Program-made: the position numbers and the translations under genes
In this document: one piece after another, positions 17,044 to 26,752 of the stretch
Layout of the letters: every line of letters begins with the position of its first letter
Numbering within the stretch: position 1 is the first letter of the stretch
Source of the DNA: Anaerovoracaceae bacterium
GTDB taxonomy: Bacteria > Bacillota > Clostridia > Peptostreptococcales > Anaerovoracaceae
Assembly: GCA_045604305.1 (NCBI GenBank)
Contig: JAZUNV010000064.1
Span: forward strand, 893-64,892
Direction: 5' to 3'
DNA: 64,000 bases
The notes under the pieces: model-generated
What the model was told of the DNA's origin: nothing
Databases searched by the model: none
What the model saw: only the letters and a program-made list of their open reading frames with translations

Positions 17044-18456
17044 ATGTACAACGAACTTACAGCTGAAATCATAGAAAAGATACGCAGCGTATCCGATCAC
17101 GTCCTCGAAGGCGAGGACATAAGTCCTGACTATGCAAGGGACGAGATGCCGATCTACGGCACCAGGATGCCTGATCTTGTAGTCCGGCCGCGTTCCACAG
17201 AGGAAGTGGCTGCTGTGATGAAGATATGCTATGACAACGATATCCCGGTGACCCCGAGAGGCGCAGGCACAGGCCTTGCGGGCGGAGCGGTGCCGGTCTT
17301 CGGCGGAGTGGTCATGGATCTGTCAAGGATGAACCGCATCCTTTCGTACGATCTGGAGAACTTCGTCGTGGACATAGAGGCTGGCGTACTTCTCGCCGAC
17401 CTTGCCGCAGACTGTCTGACAAGAGGCATGCTGTATCCGCCTGATCCGGGCGAGAAATACGCATGCGTAGGAGGCAATGTCGCGACTAATGCGGGAGGCA
17501 TGAGGGCTGTCAAGTACGGCACGACCCGCGATTATGTGAGAGCAATGACGGTAGTGCTGCCGAACGGTGAGATAACGCACATGGGTGCAACGGTATCCAA
17601 GACATCATCGGGTTATTCTCTCATGAATCTGATGATAGGCTCAGAGGGGACCCTCGGGATAATCACGGAGCTTACTCTCAGGATCATACCTGCGCCAAAA
17701 GCCTTGGCATCCCTGATAATACCGTTCCGGGATCTCAAGACAGCGCTTGCCACCGTACCGAAATTCAGGATGAACCACATGGATCCGCAGGCGATAGAAT
17801 TCATGGAGCGCGAGATCGTGGTGCTGTCGGAAAGATATGTCGGCAAGGCCGTTTTCCCTCAGGAACTCGGCGATGAACCGATAAACGCATACCTGCTGAT
17901 CACTCTTGACGGCACATCTACTGAAGAGGTGGACAAGCTTATCGAGCAGGCGGCGAACATCGCTCTCGAATCTGACGCCATGGATGTGCTCGTGGCGGAT
18001 ACCAACAACAGGATCAAGGATGCATGGGCTGCCCGCTCTTCGTTCCTTGAAGCCATCATGGAAGAGACGAAGCTTCTTGATGAATGCGATGTGGTGGTGC
18101 CTGTAAACAAGATCGCCGATTACCTTGAATTTGCCAATGAAGAGGCACGCAAATGCGGTATAGAGATCAAGACCTTCGGCCATGCCGGAGACGGGAATCT
18201 CCACATATACCAGTGCTCGAACGACCTCGAAGAGGATGAGTTCAAAAGGCGCGTGGACAGATTCTTCGATATCATATACAAGGAAGCGACGGAATGCGGA
18301 GGGCTCGTTTCGGGCGAGCACGGCATAGGTACCGGCAAGGTAAAGTATCTTGTGGATTCGGTCGGAGAGACAAACATGGAGCTGATGAGGGGCATCAAGA
18401 AGGTCTTCGATCCTAAGATGATACTCAATCCGGGCAAGGTCTGCTATAAGCTGTAG
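17044..18456 (+). CDS. FAD-dependent D-lactate/glycolate dehydrogenase (GlcD/LctD type)
   Basis: 470 aa with FAD-binding PCMH motif PRGAGTGLAGGAVP. It lies directly upstream of etfB-etfA, as in Etf-coupled lactate dehydrogenases. Confidence 0.85.
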   Translation: MYNELTAEIIEKIRSVSDHVLEGEDISPDYARDEMPIYGTRMPDLVVRPRSTEEVAAVMKICYDNDIPVTPRGAGTGLAGGAVPVFGGVVMDLSRMNRILSYDLENFVVDIEAGVLLADLAADCLTRGMLYPPDPGEKYACVGGNVATNAGGMRAVKYGTTRDYVRAMTVVLPNGEITHMGATVSKTSSGYSLMNLMIGSEGTLGIITELTLRIIPAPKALASLIIPFRDLKTALATVPKFRMNHMDPQAIEFMEREIVVLSERYVGKAVFPQELGDEPINAYLLITLDGTSTEEVDKLIEQAANIALESDAMDVLVADTNNRIKDAWAARSSFLEAIMEETKLLDECDVVVPVNKIADYLEFANEEARKCGIEIKTFGHAGDGNLHIYQCSNDLEEDEFKRRVDRFFDIIYKEATECGGLVSGEHGIGTGKVKYLVDSVGETNMELMRGIKKVFDPKMILNPGKVCYKL

Positions 18457-18471
18457 GATCGGAGGTAACTG

Positions 18472-19275
18472 ATGAATATATGTGTATGTATAAAACAGGT
18501 GCCTGATACAAATGAGATCAGGATAGATCCGGAGACCAATACCCTGATAAGGACCGGAGTGCCGAGCATAGTCAATCCATTCGACACCTACGCACTTGAG
18601 GCGGCCGTTCGACTGAAGGAGAAGCTCGGAGGCCGCGTGATAGTAATATCCATGGGACCTCCGCAGGCGTCAGAAGCCGTACGCTCCTGCCTCGCTGTCG
18701 GAGCGGATGAGGGATATCTCGTCTCGGGACGGAAGTTCGGAGGATCGGATACTCTGGCAACCAGCTATATCCTGTCCGAAGCGATAAAGACCGTGGAGAA
18801 GAAGGAAGGTCTGAAATTCGATCTCATACTAGGAGGCAAGCAGGCTGTGGACGGCGACACCGCTCAGGTGGCGCCTGAGATAGCAGAGCATCTGGGGCTT
18901 CCTCAGGTCACATATGCGCTCGGTATCGAAGAGGACGGCGGAGAGCTGCGGATAAAACGAGATTCCGACAGCGGTTACGACATAATCTCGGTAAAACTGC
19001 CGGCTGTCATCACGGTAGTTAGGCTGCCTTACGAGCCGCGCTACCCGAGCATAGGACCGTGGCTTGAATCAAAGAAGCGCACGATACCTGTCCTGACGGA
19101 AGAAGACCTGGATACGGTCGACATAACAAGATGCGGGCTGAACGGTTCACCTACCAAAGTAAAGAGATCGTATACACCGGTGAGAGAAAAGCACGGTACC
19201 ATACTCAGCAAAGTGCCTGCCGACAAGGCTGCTTCTGAGATCGCGGCCATGCTGCGCGCAGACGGGACAGTATAG
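18472..19275 (+). CDS. etfB: Electron transfer flavoprotein beta subunit
   Basis: MNICVCIKQVPD N-terminus, 267 aa. Confidence 0.93.
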   Translation: MNICVCIKQVPDTNEIRIDPETNTLIRTGVPSIVNPFDTYALEAAVRLKEKLGGRVIVISMGPPQASEAVRSCLAVGADEGYLVSGRKFGGSDTLATSYILSEAIKTVEKKEGLKFDLILGGKQAVDGDTAQVAPEIAEHLGLPQVTYALGIEEDGGELRIKRDSDSGYDIISVKLPAVITVVRLPYEPRYPSIGPWLESKKRTIPVLTEEDLDTVDITRCGLNGSPTKVKRSYTPVREKHGTILSKVPADKAASEIAAMLRADGTV

Positions 19276-19284
19276 GAGGCGGCT

Positions 19285-20292
19285 ATGGCAGAACTGAATG
19301 GATATAAGAATATGTGGGTATACATAGAGACTGAGTGCGGCAGGGCAAAGAATGTCGGATACGAACTTCTTAATGTCGCGAGGCCTCTTGCAGATAAAAA
19401 AGGCTGCGAACTCGTTGCCGTCGTCATAGGAAACGATGTCGAAGGCGCAGCGAGGGATGCCATTTGCTACGGAGCGGACAGGGCGATACTGATAGACGGT
19501 CCTGAGTATGAATACTATACGACTGACGCCTTCGTTAACGCACTGGTCGCGATGGTGCGAAAGTATAAACCGGAGACTCTTATGATCGGAGCCACGAACA
19601 ACGGCAGGGACATGGCGCCGCGTGTTTCGTGCCGCATCGGTACAGGCCTTACGGCGGACTGCACCGGTATAGACATAGACGATGAGTCAGGCAACATGGC
19701 CTGGACAAGGCCTACCTTCGGCGGCAACCTCATGGCTGTCATAATGTGTCCGGATCACAGGCCTCAGATGGGGACTGTGCGCCCGGGTGTTTTCAGAAAG
19801 GGCAGATATGACGAGACTCGCAGCGGCGAGATCATACGAGAGGAATTCCATGTCGCTCCTGAAGAGATCAGAACGACGCTCGTCGAAAGAGTGCAGGAAG
19901 TAGCCGGAGCCGTGAACCTCGAGGAAGCCGAAATAATCGTTTCCGGAGGAAGGGGCGTAGGCTCCGCGGACAATTTCAGACAGCTGTACGAGCTCGCCGA
20001 AGTGCTCGGTGCCGAGGTGGGCTGCAGCCGCGCCGTCGTGGATGCGGGCTGGATGCCTCACATACATCAGGTGGGGCAGTCAGGAAAGACGGTTGCACCA
20101 AAGCTATACATAGCAGTGGGCATTTCCGGAGCTATCCAGCATCTTGCGGGAATAGGCGGAGCAGACAAGGTGTTCGCGATCAACAAGGATCCTGAAGCTC
20201 CTATATTCAGCGTGGCTGATTACGGCATCGTCGGCAATCTCAACGATGTGGTCCCTGCGCTGACAGAAGAGTTCAGGAAGCTGAAGAAGTAA
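19285..20292 (+). CDS. etfA: Electron transfer flavoprotein alpha subunit
   Basis: 335 aa with C-terminal FAD motif [13 protein letters not shown]. Confidence 0.93.
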   Translation: MAELNGYKNMWVYIETECGRAKNVGYELLNVARPLADKKGCELVAVVIGNDVEGAARDAICYGADRAILIDGPEYEYYTTDAFVNALVAMVRKYKPETLMIGATNNGRDMAPRVSCRIGTGLTADCTGIDIDDESGNMAWTRPTFGGNLMAVIMCPDHRPQMGTVRPGVFRKGRYDETRSGEIIREEFHVAPEEIRTTLVERVQEVAGAVNLEEAEIIVSGGRGVGSADNFRQLYELAEVLGAEVGCSRAVVDAGWMPHIHQVGQSGKTVAPKLYIAVGISGAIQHLAGIGGADKVFAINKDPEAPIFSVADYGIVGNLNDVVPALTEEFRKLKK

Positions 20293-20305
20293 CGGGAGAA
20301 GAGAG

Positions 20306-21583
20306 ATGAAGACGGTAGATTTCTTCTACGGACATGGCACTGTGAGTCTTGATGTGCCTGACGATACTCCGGTACTTACGCCGGATACGGACAGCCTGGC
20401 CAGTGACAGGTCGGGCATGGAGATCGTAAGGGAAGCCATGATGCATCCCATAGACAGCCCGCGCCTGTGCGAGCTGGCCAAGGGAAAGCCTGACTGCCTG
20501 ATAATAATCAGCGATCATACGAGACCTGTACCGTCGCAGGATATCCTTCCTGTGATGATAGAGGAGCTCAGGGCGGGAAATCCGGACATAGAGATAAGCT
20601 TCCTGGTCGCCACGGGATTTCACCGCGGCACCACGGCAGAGGAGCTCAGGACCAAGCTTGGTGACGGGCTTTATGAGGAATTCAAGGACAGGATAGCCGT
20701 CCATGACGCACATGATCCTTCGCGCAACGTGAGGATAGGGACTCTGCCATCCGGGCCGGACTGCATAATAGACAGGATGGCTGTCGATGCGTCGCTCGTA
20801 GTGGCTGAGGGCTTCATAGAAGCGCACTTCTTCGCGGGCTTTTCGGGAGGACGCAAATCCATACTCCCGGGTATAGCAGATGCCGTGACGGTGATGGGCA
20901 ATCACTGCTCGAAGTTCATAGACAGTCCGTATGCACGCACAGGGATACTCGACGGGAATCCGATCCATGAGGACATGATCGCAGCTGCACGCATGGCGGA
21001 TCTCGCGTTCATATGCAATGTAGTCATCGACGAGGACAAGAAGACTGTCGCCGCGTTCGCGGGGAACTTTGAGACCGCTCACCGCAGGGGCTGTGATTTC
21101 ATCTCGGAATACATAGCCGTGAAACCTCATCCCGCGGACATAGTGATCACGACAAACGGCGGATATCCTCTGGATCAGAACGCCTATCAGTCTCCGAAGG
21201 GAATGACCGCGGCAGAGGCTACAGTCAATGAAGACGGAGTCATCATAATGCTTTCGAGCTGCAGTGACGGGAACGGGGGAGAGTATTTCTATCACATAAT
21301 CGCTGACGAGCCTACTATCGAGGATGCCTATCAGAAGTTCCTTGCGACGGAGCAGAACGACACTGCTCCTGATCAGTGGTGCTCACAGATCCTGGCCAGG
21401 ATAGTGAGAAAGCACGAAGTCATATTCGTTGCCGAGCCGGATCAACAGGAGATGATAGAGGGACTCAAGATGACATATGCTCCGGATATCCGGACAGCCA
21501 TGGAAATGGCAAGGGCGATAAAGGGAGAGGATGCATCGCTTACGTGTATACCTAACGGCATATCGGTCGTGGTAAGAGACTGA
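20306..21583 (+). CDS. larA: LarA-family nickel-pincer-dependent 2-hydroxyacid racemase/epimerase
   Basis: 425 aa with IISDHTRPVP and GGRKSILPG motifs (the cofactor-tethering Lys region). Confidence 0.8.
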   Translation: MKTVDFFYGHGTVSLDVPDDTPVLTPDTDSLASDRSGMEIVREAMMHPIDSPRLCELAKGKPDCLIIISDHTRPVPSQDILPVMIEELRAGNPDIEISFLVATGFHRGTTAEELRTKLGDGLYEEFKDRIAVHDAHDPSRNVRIGTLPSGPDCIIDRMAVDASLVVAEGFIEAHFFAGFSGGRKSILPGIADAVTVMGNHCSKFIDSPYARTGILDGNPIHEDMIAAARMADLAFICNVVIDEDKKTVAAFAGNFETAHRRGCDFISEYIAVKPHPADIVITTNGGYPLDQNAYQSPKGMTAAEATVNEDGVIIMLSSCSDGNGGEYFYHIIADEPTIEDAYQKFLATEQNDTAPDQWCSQILARIVRKHEVIFVAEPDQQEMIEGLKMTYAPDIRTAMEMARAIKGEDASLTCIPNGISVVVRD

Positions 21584-21595
21584 CATCCATGGATC

Positions 21596-21627
21596 ATCCC
21601 GGGAGATGAGACCCGGGATATTTTTAT
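21596..21627 (+). terminator. Rho-independent terminator after larA
   Basis: Stem ATCCCGGG / CCCGGGAT around the loop AGATGAGA, followed by ATTTTTAT. Confidence 0.75.
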
Positions 21628-21754
21628 TGCTTCATATATGCTTCAATGGAATAAGTCATATATAAAAACAGACTATAAGTTATGATCAAATATGATAAAA
21701 TAATTTCGCAAATACTAATAATGGTTATTTCAAATGGAAAGGGGTAAGTGTAAT

Positions 21755-22618
21755 ATGAAGAAGTTATTGGTATTACTATTGAGTGTGATCATGGTGCTGT
21801 CGTTTGCAGCATGCGGAAGTTCGGACACCACTGAGGAAGAGACGACATCCGCACCTGAGAACGCAAAGGTGATGATGGCTACAACGACGAGCACCGAGGA
21901 CACGGGACTGCTCGACTATCTGCAGCCTCTGTTCAAGGAGGACACCGGCTATGATCTGGAGTGGACTGCTGTAGGTACAGGCGAAGCTCTCAAGATGGGC
22001 GAGGACGGACAGGTAGACGTAGTGCTCGTTCATGCCAAGGCGAGCGAGGAGGAATTCGTTGAGAACGGCTTCGGAGTCGAAAGATTCCCTGTCATGTACA
22101 ACGACTTCGTTATCGTCGGACCGGCTGAGCCTATCGCAAAGACAGATGATGTAGCTGCCACATTCACGACTATCAACGAGCAGCAGCTGCCGTTCGTATC
22201 GCGTGGTGACGACTCCGGTACAGACAAGAAGGAAAAGAAGATCTGGGAAGAGCTCGGCCTCGATCCTGCTGCTAATCCGAACTACATCGAGTCCGGACAG
22301 GGCATGGGCGATACTCTGAACATGGCCAACGAGAAGAACGCATACTGTCTGACTGACCGCGGAACATGGCTCAAGCTGTCAAAGGATTCTGAGAATGAAT
22401 ACGTGCTTGACATCGTATGCGAGGGCGGCAAGCAGCTTCTCAACCAGTACGGTGTGATCGCTGTCAATCCGGAGAAGTACCCTGAGGTGAACAACGAGGG
22501 AGCTAATGCATTCATCGAGTGGATCACTTCCGACAAAGTCCAGAAGCTCATCGGCGAGTACGGAGTTGAGGAATACGGACAGGCACTGTTCACACCGAAT
22601 GCAGGAACAGACAACTAA
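21755..22618 (+). CDS. tupA: Tungstate ABC transporter substrate-binding lipoprotein
   Basis: Lipobox SFAAC and the TupA-type TTTSTEDTGLLDYL motif. The start is at ATG 21755. Confidence 0.85.
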   Translation: MKKLLVLLLSVIMVLSFAACGSSDTTEEETTSAPENAKVMMATTTSTEDTGLLDYLQPLFKEDTGYDLEWTAVGTGEALKMGEDGQVDVVLVHAKASEEEFVENGFGVERFPVMYNDFVIVGPAEPIAKTDDVAATFTTINEQQLPFVSRGDDSGTDKKEKKIWEELGLDPAANPNYIESGQGMGDTLNMANEKNAYCLTDRGTWLKLSKDSENEYVLDIVCEGGKQLLNQYGVIAVNPEKYPEVNNEGANAFIEWITSDKVQKLIGEYGVEEYGQALFTPNAGTDN

Positions 22619-22624
22619 AACAGT

Positions 22625-23308
22625 ATGATCGACTGGCTCAGGGGAGTATTCACCAATCCTAATGTGCTGAGCGCGATCAAGGTCACTTTCGAGATGGCGT
22701 TCGCATCGACCTTCATCTCGGCTGTGATAGGAGTTTCATTCGGACTCTGGCTGCAAAGCCACGAATTTGCGGGTAAGAGAGTCGTTATCCGGATCAACAG
22801 GACGCTCATGGGCGTGCCTCCGGTGGTAATAGGACTTGTTGTTTATCTGCTTACAATGCGCGGAGGGCCGCTTGGCCCTCTCGCGCTTCTGTTTACGGTC
22901 AGAGGCATGATACTCGCGCAGGTACTGATCATAACGCCGATAATAAGCGGCATGGTCTATTCGTATGCGGAGAGTGCCGTGCCGGCGATACGCGCATTTG
23001 CGATCACCATGGGGGCCGACAAGAGGCAGACTGGCCGGCTCATACTGAGCGAACTCAGAAATGAAATATATTTCTGCATTATAACGGGATTCGGCAGAGC
23101 GATAAGCGAGGTCGGTTCCGTCATGCTCGTGGGAGGCAATATCAAGGGGCATACAAGGACGATGACCACCATGATATCACTTCTCAAAAGCCAGGGCATT
23201 TATTCTGAAGGCATAGGCCTGGGTCTGCTGCTGCTGATAATGGCATTCATACTGCAGACGCTTTCAGACCATGTCAGAAAGGAGCAGATCAGGGATGAGA
23301 ATTACTGA
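22625..23308 (+). CDS. tupB: Tungstate ABC transporter permease
   Basis: 227-aa polytopic membrane protein between tupA and the ATPase. Confidence 0.85.
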   Translation: MIDWLRGVFTNPNVLSAIKVTFEMAFASTFISAVIGVSFGLWLQSHEFAGKRVVIRINRTLMGVPPVVIGLVVYLLTMRGGPLGPLALLFTVRGMILAQVLIITPIISGMVYSYAESAVPAIRAFAITMGADKRQTGRLILSELRNEIYFCIITGFGRAISEVGSVMLVGGNIKGHTRTMTTMISLLKSQGIYSEGIGLGLLLLIMAFILQTLSDHVRKEQIRDENY

Positions 23309-23894
23309 GCTCCGGAAAAAAATCGGGAATACGGATATGTATATCCCGGATCTGTATATAGAACACGGAAAGATACACGGGCTTGTGGGCCCGAACGGCT
23401 GCGGCAAGACGACCCTGCTCAAGATAATAATGGGCATCACGCCGCCTGATTTGGGAAGCATAGATTATGAGGGACTGGCGCCGGGCGAGATCACGATGAT
23501 GAGCCAGAGACCTTATCTCATGCATACCAGTGTTTACGATAATATCATCTATCCGCTTAAGATAAGGGGTGAGAAGATAGAAGAGAGCGCCATAGACGCG
23601 CTGCTTGAGAGGGTCGGGCTGATGCCTCAGAAGGATCAGTATGCAGGAAGCCTTTCGAGCGGAGAGAGACAGAAGCTGTCGTTTCTCAGGGCCATAGTGT
23701 TCCGTCCGTCGCTGGTACTGATGGACGAGACACTCTCCAATCTGGATGTCGACAGTGAGAAGCTGTTCAGGGAGATGATAATCGAGCGGCAGAGAGAGGA
23801 CGGATCCACCTGGCTCATAGTCAGCCATCAGTGGGACGAGATGAACTCGCTGTTTGATGAAGTGCATCATATGGGAAAGGGTACTGTGATTTGA
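23295..23894 (+). CDS. tupC: Tungstate ABC transporter ATP-binding protein
   Basis: Walker A GPNGCGKTT and signature LSSGERQK. The start ATG 23295 follows AAAGGAG. Confidence 0.85.
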   Translation: MRITELRKKIGNTDMYIPDLYIEHGKIHGLVGPNGCGKTTLLKIIMGITPPDLGSIDYEGLAPGEITMMSQRPYLMHTSVYDNIIYPLKIRGEKIEESAIDALLERVGLMPQKDQYAGSLSSGERQKLSFLRAIVFRPSLVLMDETLSNLDVDSEKLFREMIIERQREDGSTWLIVSHQWDEMNSLFDEVHHMGKGTVI

Positions 23895-24853
23895 AGGACG
23901 GATTCGGAAGAGAGATAAACTACATGAGGGTGTCTGTCACCGACAGATGCGATCTGCGCTGCAGGTACTGCATGCCCGAGGGCATTGAAAAGGTGCCTAT
24001 GAGCCGCATCCTCACCTACGAGGAGATAGAGCGGATCTGCAGGGTTTCGGCCGGCCTCGGCATAAGCCGGATCAAGATCACCGGAGGCGAACCGCTGGTG
24101 AGGCTCGGCTGCGTCGATCTCATCAGGAAGATCAAGGCGACTGACGGGATAGAGCAGGTGACGATGACCACCAACGGCCAGATACTGGACCGTTATCTGG
24201 ATGAACTCAGGGACGCAGGTATCGACGGCATCAACATAAGCCTGGATACGCTGAAGCCGGACAGGTACAGGTATATTACGGGGAGAGGCGAGCTGGAGAA
24301 GACTCTGAGATCGATAGGGCTCTCTGCGGCGTCGGGCATCAGGACCAAGATCAACTGCCTGCCTCAGTATGATTTCAACCAGGACGAGCTGACAGACATC
24401 GCAGCTCTCGCCTGGGAGAAGAGCATCGATGTGAGGTTTATAGAAATCATGCCGATAGGCATAGGAGATCCCGCAAAGGGCATGTCAAACGAAGATGTGC
24501 TCGCGATCCTCAAAGGGGAGTGGCCTGAGCTGGAGCCTGACGAAAGCGTGCACGGAAACGGTCCGGCGGTATACTACAGAAGGCCGGGCATCCCGGGTGC
24601 GGTCGGACTCATAAGCGCGATGCACGGACCGTTCTGCTCGAGCTGCAACAGGATAAGGCTCACATCGATGGGACAGATCAAACCGTGCCTTTGTTATGAG
24701 GATGAGACGGATATAAAGCCTTATCTGGACGGGAGCGATGAGGAGCTCAGCGAAGCGATAAGGGAAGCTATACTGGCAAAGCCGCAGGCACACTGTTTCG
24801 ACGGAAGCAAGCGCGACATAGAGCCGAGGCTCATGGCGCAGATAGGAGGATAG
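23891..24853 (+). CDS. moaA: GTP 3',8-cyclase (radical SAM)
   Basis: FGREINYMRVSVTDRCDLRCRYCMP (CxxxCxxC). The TTG start overlaps the tupC stop (TTGA). Confidence 0.93.
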   Translation: MKDGFGREINYMRVSVTDRCDLRCRYCMPEGIEKVPMSRILTYEEIERICRVSAGLGISRIKITGGEPLVRLGCVDLIRKIKATDGIEQVTMTTNGQILDRYLDELRDAGIDGINISLDTLKPDRYRYITGRGELEKTLRSIGLSAASGIRTKINCLPQYDFNQDELTDIAALAWEKSIDVRFIEIMPIGIGDPAKGMSNEDVLAILKGEWPELEPDESVHGNGPAVYYRRPGIPGAVGLISAMHGPFCSSCNRIRLTSMGQIKPCLCYEDETDIKPYLDGSDEELSEAIREAILAKPQAHCFDGSKRDIEPRLMAQIGG

Positions 24854-24855
24854 AG

Positions 24856-25824
24856 ATGGGCAGAGTCATAGCTGTATGCACAAGCGAAATAAAAGGCATC
24901 CAGAAGACGGAGGTGCCGGAGGTCAGACTCATCCCGGACTATGGGATAGAGGGCGATGCCCATGCCGGCAAATGGCACAGACAGGTGAGTCTCCTGGGCC
25001 TTGAGAAGATAGAAGCTTTCAGGGAGAAGGGTGCCCAGGTAGACTTCGGTGCCTTCGGTGAGAACGTGATAGTTGAAGGCTTTGACTTCCGCACTCTTCC
25101 TGTGGGCACGAGGTTCCGTTCAGGGGATGTGCTCCTGGAGCTTACCCAGATAGGCAAGGAGTGCCACTCGCACTGCGCGATATATCACCAGGTGGGTGAC
25201 TGCATCATGCCGAGAGAGGGAGTGTTCACCAAGGTCCTTGAGGGCGGGATCCTTAAGGCGGGCGACGAATTCGAGATGATAGAGCCTGCTCCGGACAGAG
25301 CCTTTACCGCTGCGTGGATAACCCTTTCGGACAAGGGCGCCGCGGGAGAGCGCGAGGACAAGAGCGGACCGCTGATCGGAGAGATGCTGACTGAGGCTGG
25401 CTACGATGTGGTCGAAGGATTGCTCCTGCCTGACGGAGTCGATGCTCTCAGGAGACAGCTCATAAGGCTTGCCGACCAGAGGCAGGTCAATGTGATATTC
25501 ACCACGGGCGGCACGGGGTTCTCGGAGAGAGACCTGACACCTGAGGCGACTATCGAGGTATGCGACCGCATGGCTCCGGGAATCGCCGAAGCATTGAGAG
25601 CCTATTCTCTTACCAAGACGCCTCACGCCATGCTCTCAAGAGCGGCGTCGGGCATCAGGAAGAAAACGCTGATAATAAACCTCCCGGGCAGCCCTAAGGC
25701 CGTAAGGGAGAGCCTGGAATATCTGCTGCCGCCGCTCGCGCACGGTCTCGGAGTACTGAGAGGCACAGACGGAGAATGCGGCAGCGGTGATGATCATCAT
25801 CACCACCATCATCATCACCACTGA
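24856..25824 (+). CDS. MOSC domain fused to MogA/MoaB-type molybdopterin adenylyltransferase, with native C-terminal His9
   Basis: The N-terminal half is MOSC-like (IEGDAHAGKWHRQVSLL...). The C-terminal half has TTGGTG and the INLPGSP motifs of MogA/MoaB. The protein ends GSGDDHHHHHHHHH. Confidence 0.85.
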   Translation: MGRVIAVCTSEIKGIQKTEVPEVRLIPDYGIEGDAHAGKWHRQVSLLGLEKIEAFREKGAQVDFGAFGENVIVEGFDFRTLPVGTRFRSGDVLLELTQIGKECHSHCAIYHQVGDCIMPREGVFTKVLEGGILKAGDEFEMIEPAPDRAFTAAWITLSDKGAAGEREDKSGPLIGEMLTEAGYDVVEGLLLPDGVDALRRQLIRLADQRQVNVIFTTGGTGFSERDLTPEATIEVCDRMAPGIAEALRAYSLTKTPHAMLSRAASGIRKKTLIINLPGSPKAVRESLEYLLPPLAHGLGVLRGTDGECGSGDDHHHHHHHHH

Positions 25825-25855
25825 AAAAACATCTGATAATAAAGGAGGTAGTAAA

Positions 25856-26275
25856 ATGAAGTATGCTCTAAGCGCAAGGAACCAGTTCGAAGGAACTGTC
25901 AAAAAGATACAGACAGGTGCTGTAAACGGCATCGTCGTCCTGGACGTTAACGGAGAGGAGATCACCGCAACTATATCGATGGGATCGATCGAGAACCTTG
26001 GCCTTAAGGAAGGCGTGGCTGCCGCAGCAGTCATCAAGGCTACTGACGTTATGGTCGGAAAGGGCACTTTCAAGCTCAGCGCACGCAACCAGTTCCAGGG
26101 CAAGGTAACTGCTGTCGAGGAGGGAGCGGTCAACGCCATCGTAAAGATGGAAGTTCTCGGCGGAAACACGATGACAGCTACGATCTCGATGGGATCGGTA
26201 AAAGAACTCGGACTCGAGCCTGGTGTCGATGCTACGGCAGTCATCAAGGCAACATCCGTAATGATCGGTATCTAG
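25856..26275 (+). CDS. Tandem Mop/TOBE molybdate/tungstate-binding protein
   Basis: Two roughly 68-aa repeats, each starting LSARNQF(E/Q)G. The start ATG 25856 follows AAAGGAGG. Confidence 0.88.
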   Translation: MKYALSARNQFEGTVKKIQTGAVNGIVVLDVNGEEITATISMGSIENLGLKEGVAAAAVIKATDVMVGKGTFKLSARNQFQGKVTAVEEGAVNAIVKMEVLGGNTMTATISMGSVKELGLEPGVDATAVIKATSVMIGI

Positions 26276-26278
26276 GAA

Positions 26279-26752
26279 ATGAGCGAATTCACGCATTTTG
26301 ACGAAAACGGAAACGCATATATGGTGGATGTGAGCGGCAAGGACGTGACTAAGCGGACGGCTGTCGCGACCGGCACCATACATGTGAGCCCGGAGGTAAT
26401 GGATGCCGTGCTCGGCAACAGGATCAAAAAGGGCGACGTGTACACGGTCGCCCAGGTCGCCGGCATCATGGGCACCAAGAAGACATCGGAGCTTATCCCG
26501 ATGTGCCATCCTCTGAGCCTCACGAACGCGAAGGTGACATTTGAGACCGATAAGGACGCAGGCACTATCACTGCGTACTGCACGGCGGTCACGGAGGGAA
26601 AGACCGGCGTTGAGATGGAGGCCCTCACGGGAGTATCTGTGACGCTGCCCACCATCTACGATATGTGCAAGGCCATAGACAAGCGCATGGTCATGAGTGA
26701 TATCCATCTTGTCTCCAAGGAAGGCGGCAAGAGCGGGGAATTTGAGTTCTGA
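26279..26752 (+). CDS. moaC: Cyclic pyranopterin monophosphate synthase
   Basis: 157 aa with MVDVSGKDVTKRTAVA and PMCHPL motifs. Confidence 0.93.
   Translation: MSEFTHFDENGNAYMVDVSGKDVTKRTAVATGTIHVSPEVMDAVLGNRIKKGDVYTVAQVAGIMGTKKTSELIPMCHPLSLTNAKVTFETDKDAGTITAYCTAVTEGKTGVEMEALTGVSVTLPTIYDMCKAIDKRMVMSDIHLVSKEGGKSGEFEF

Noticed and set aside
25795-25821. The His9 tract could be an affinity tag, implying an engineered or vector-contaminated sequence.
   Set aside because: Codons alternate CAT and CAC irregularly, and no linker, protease site or vector sequence flanks the tract. The next gene follows with a native RBS, and the surrounding operon is contiguous. I treat it as native, but a read-level check is still worthwhile.
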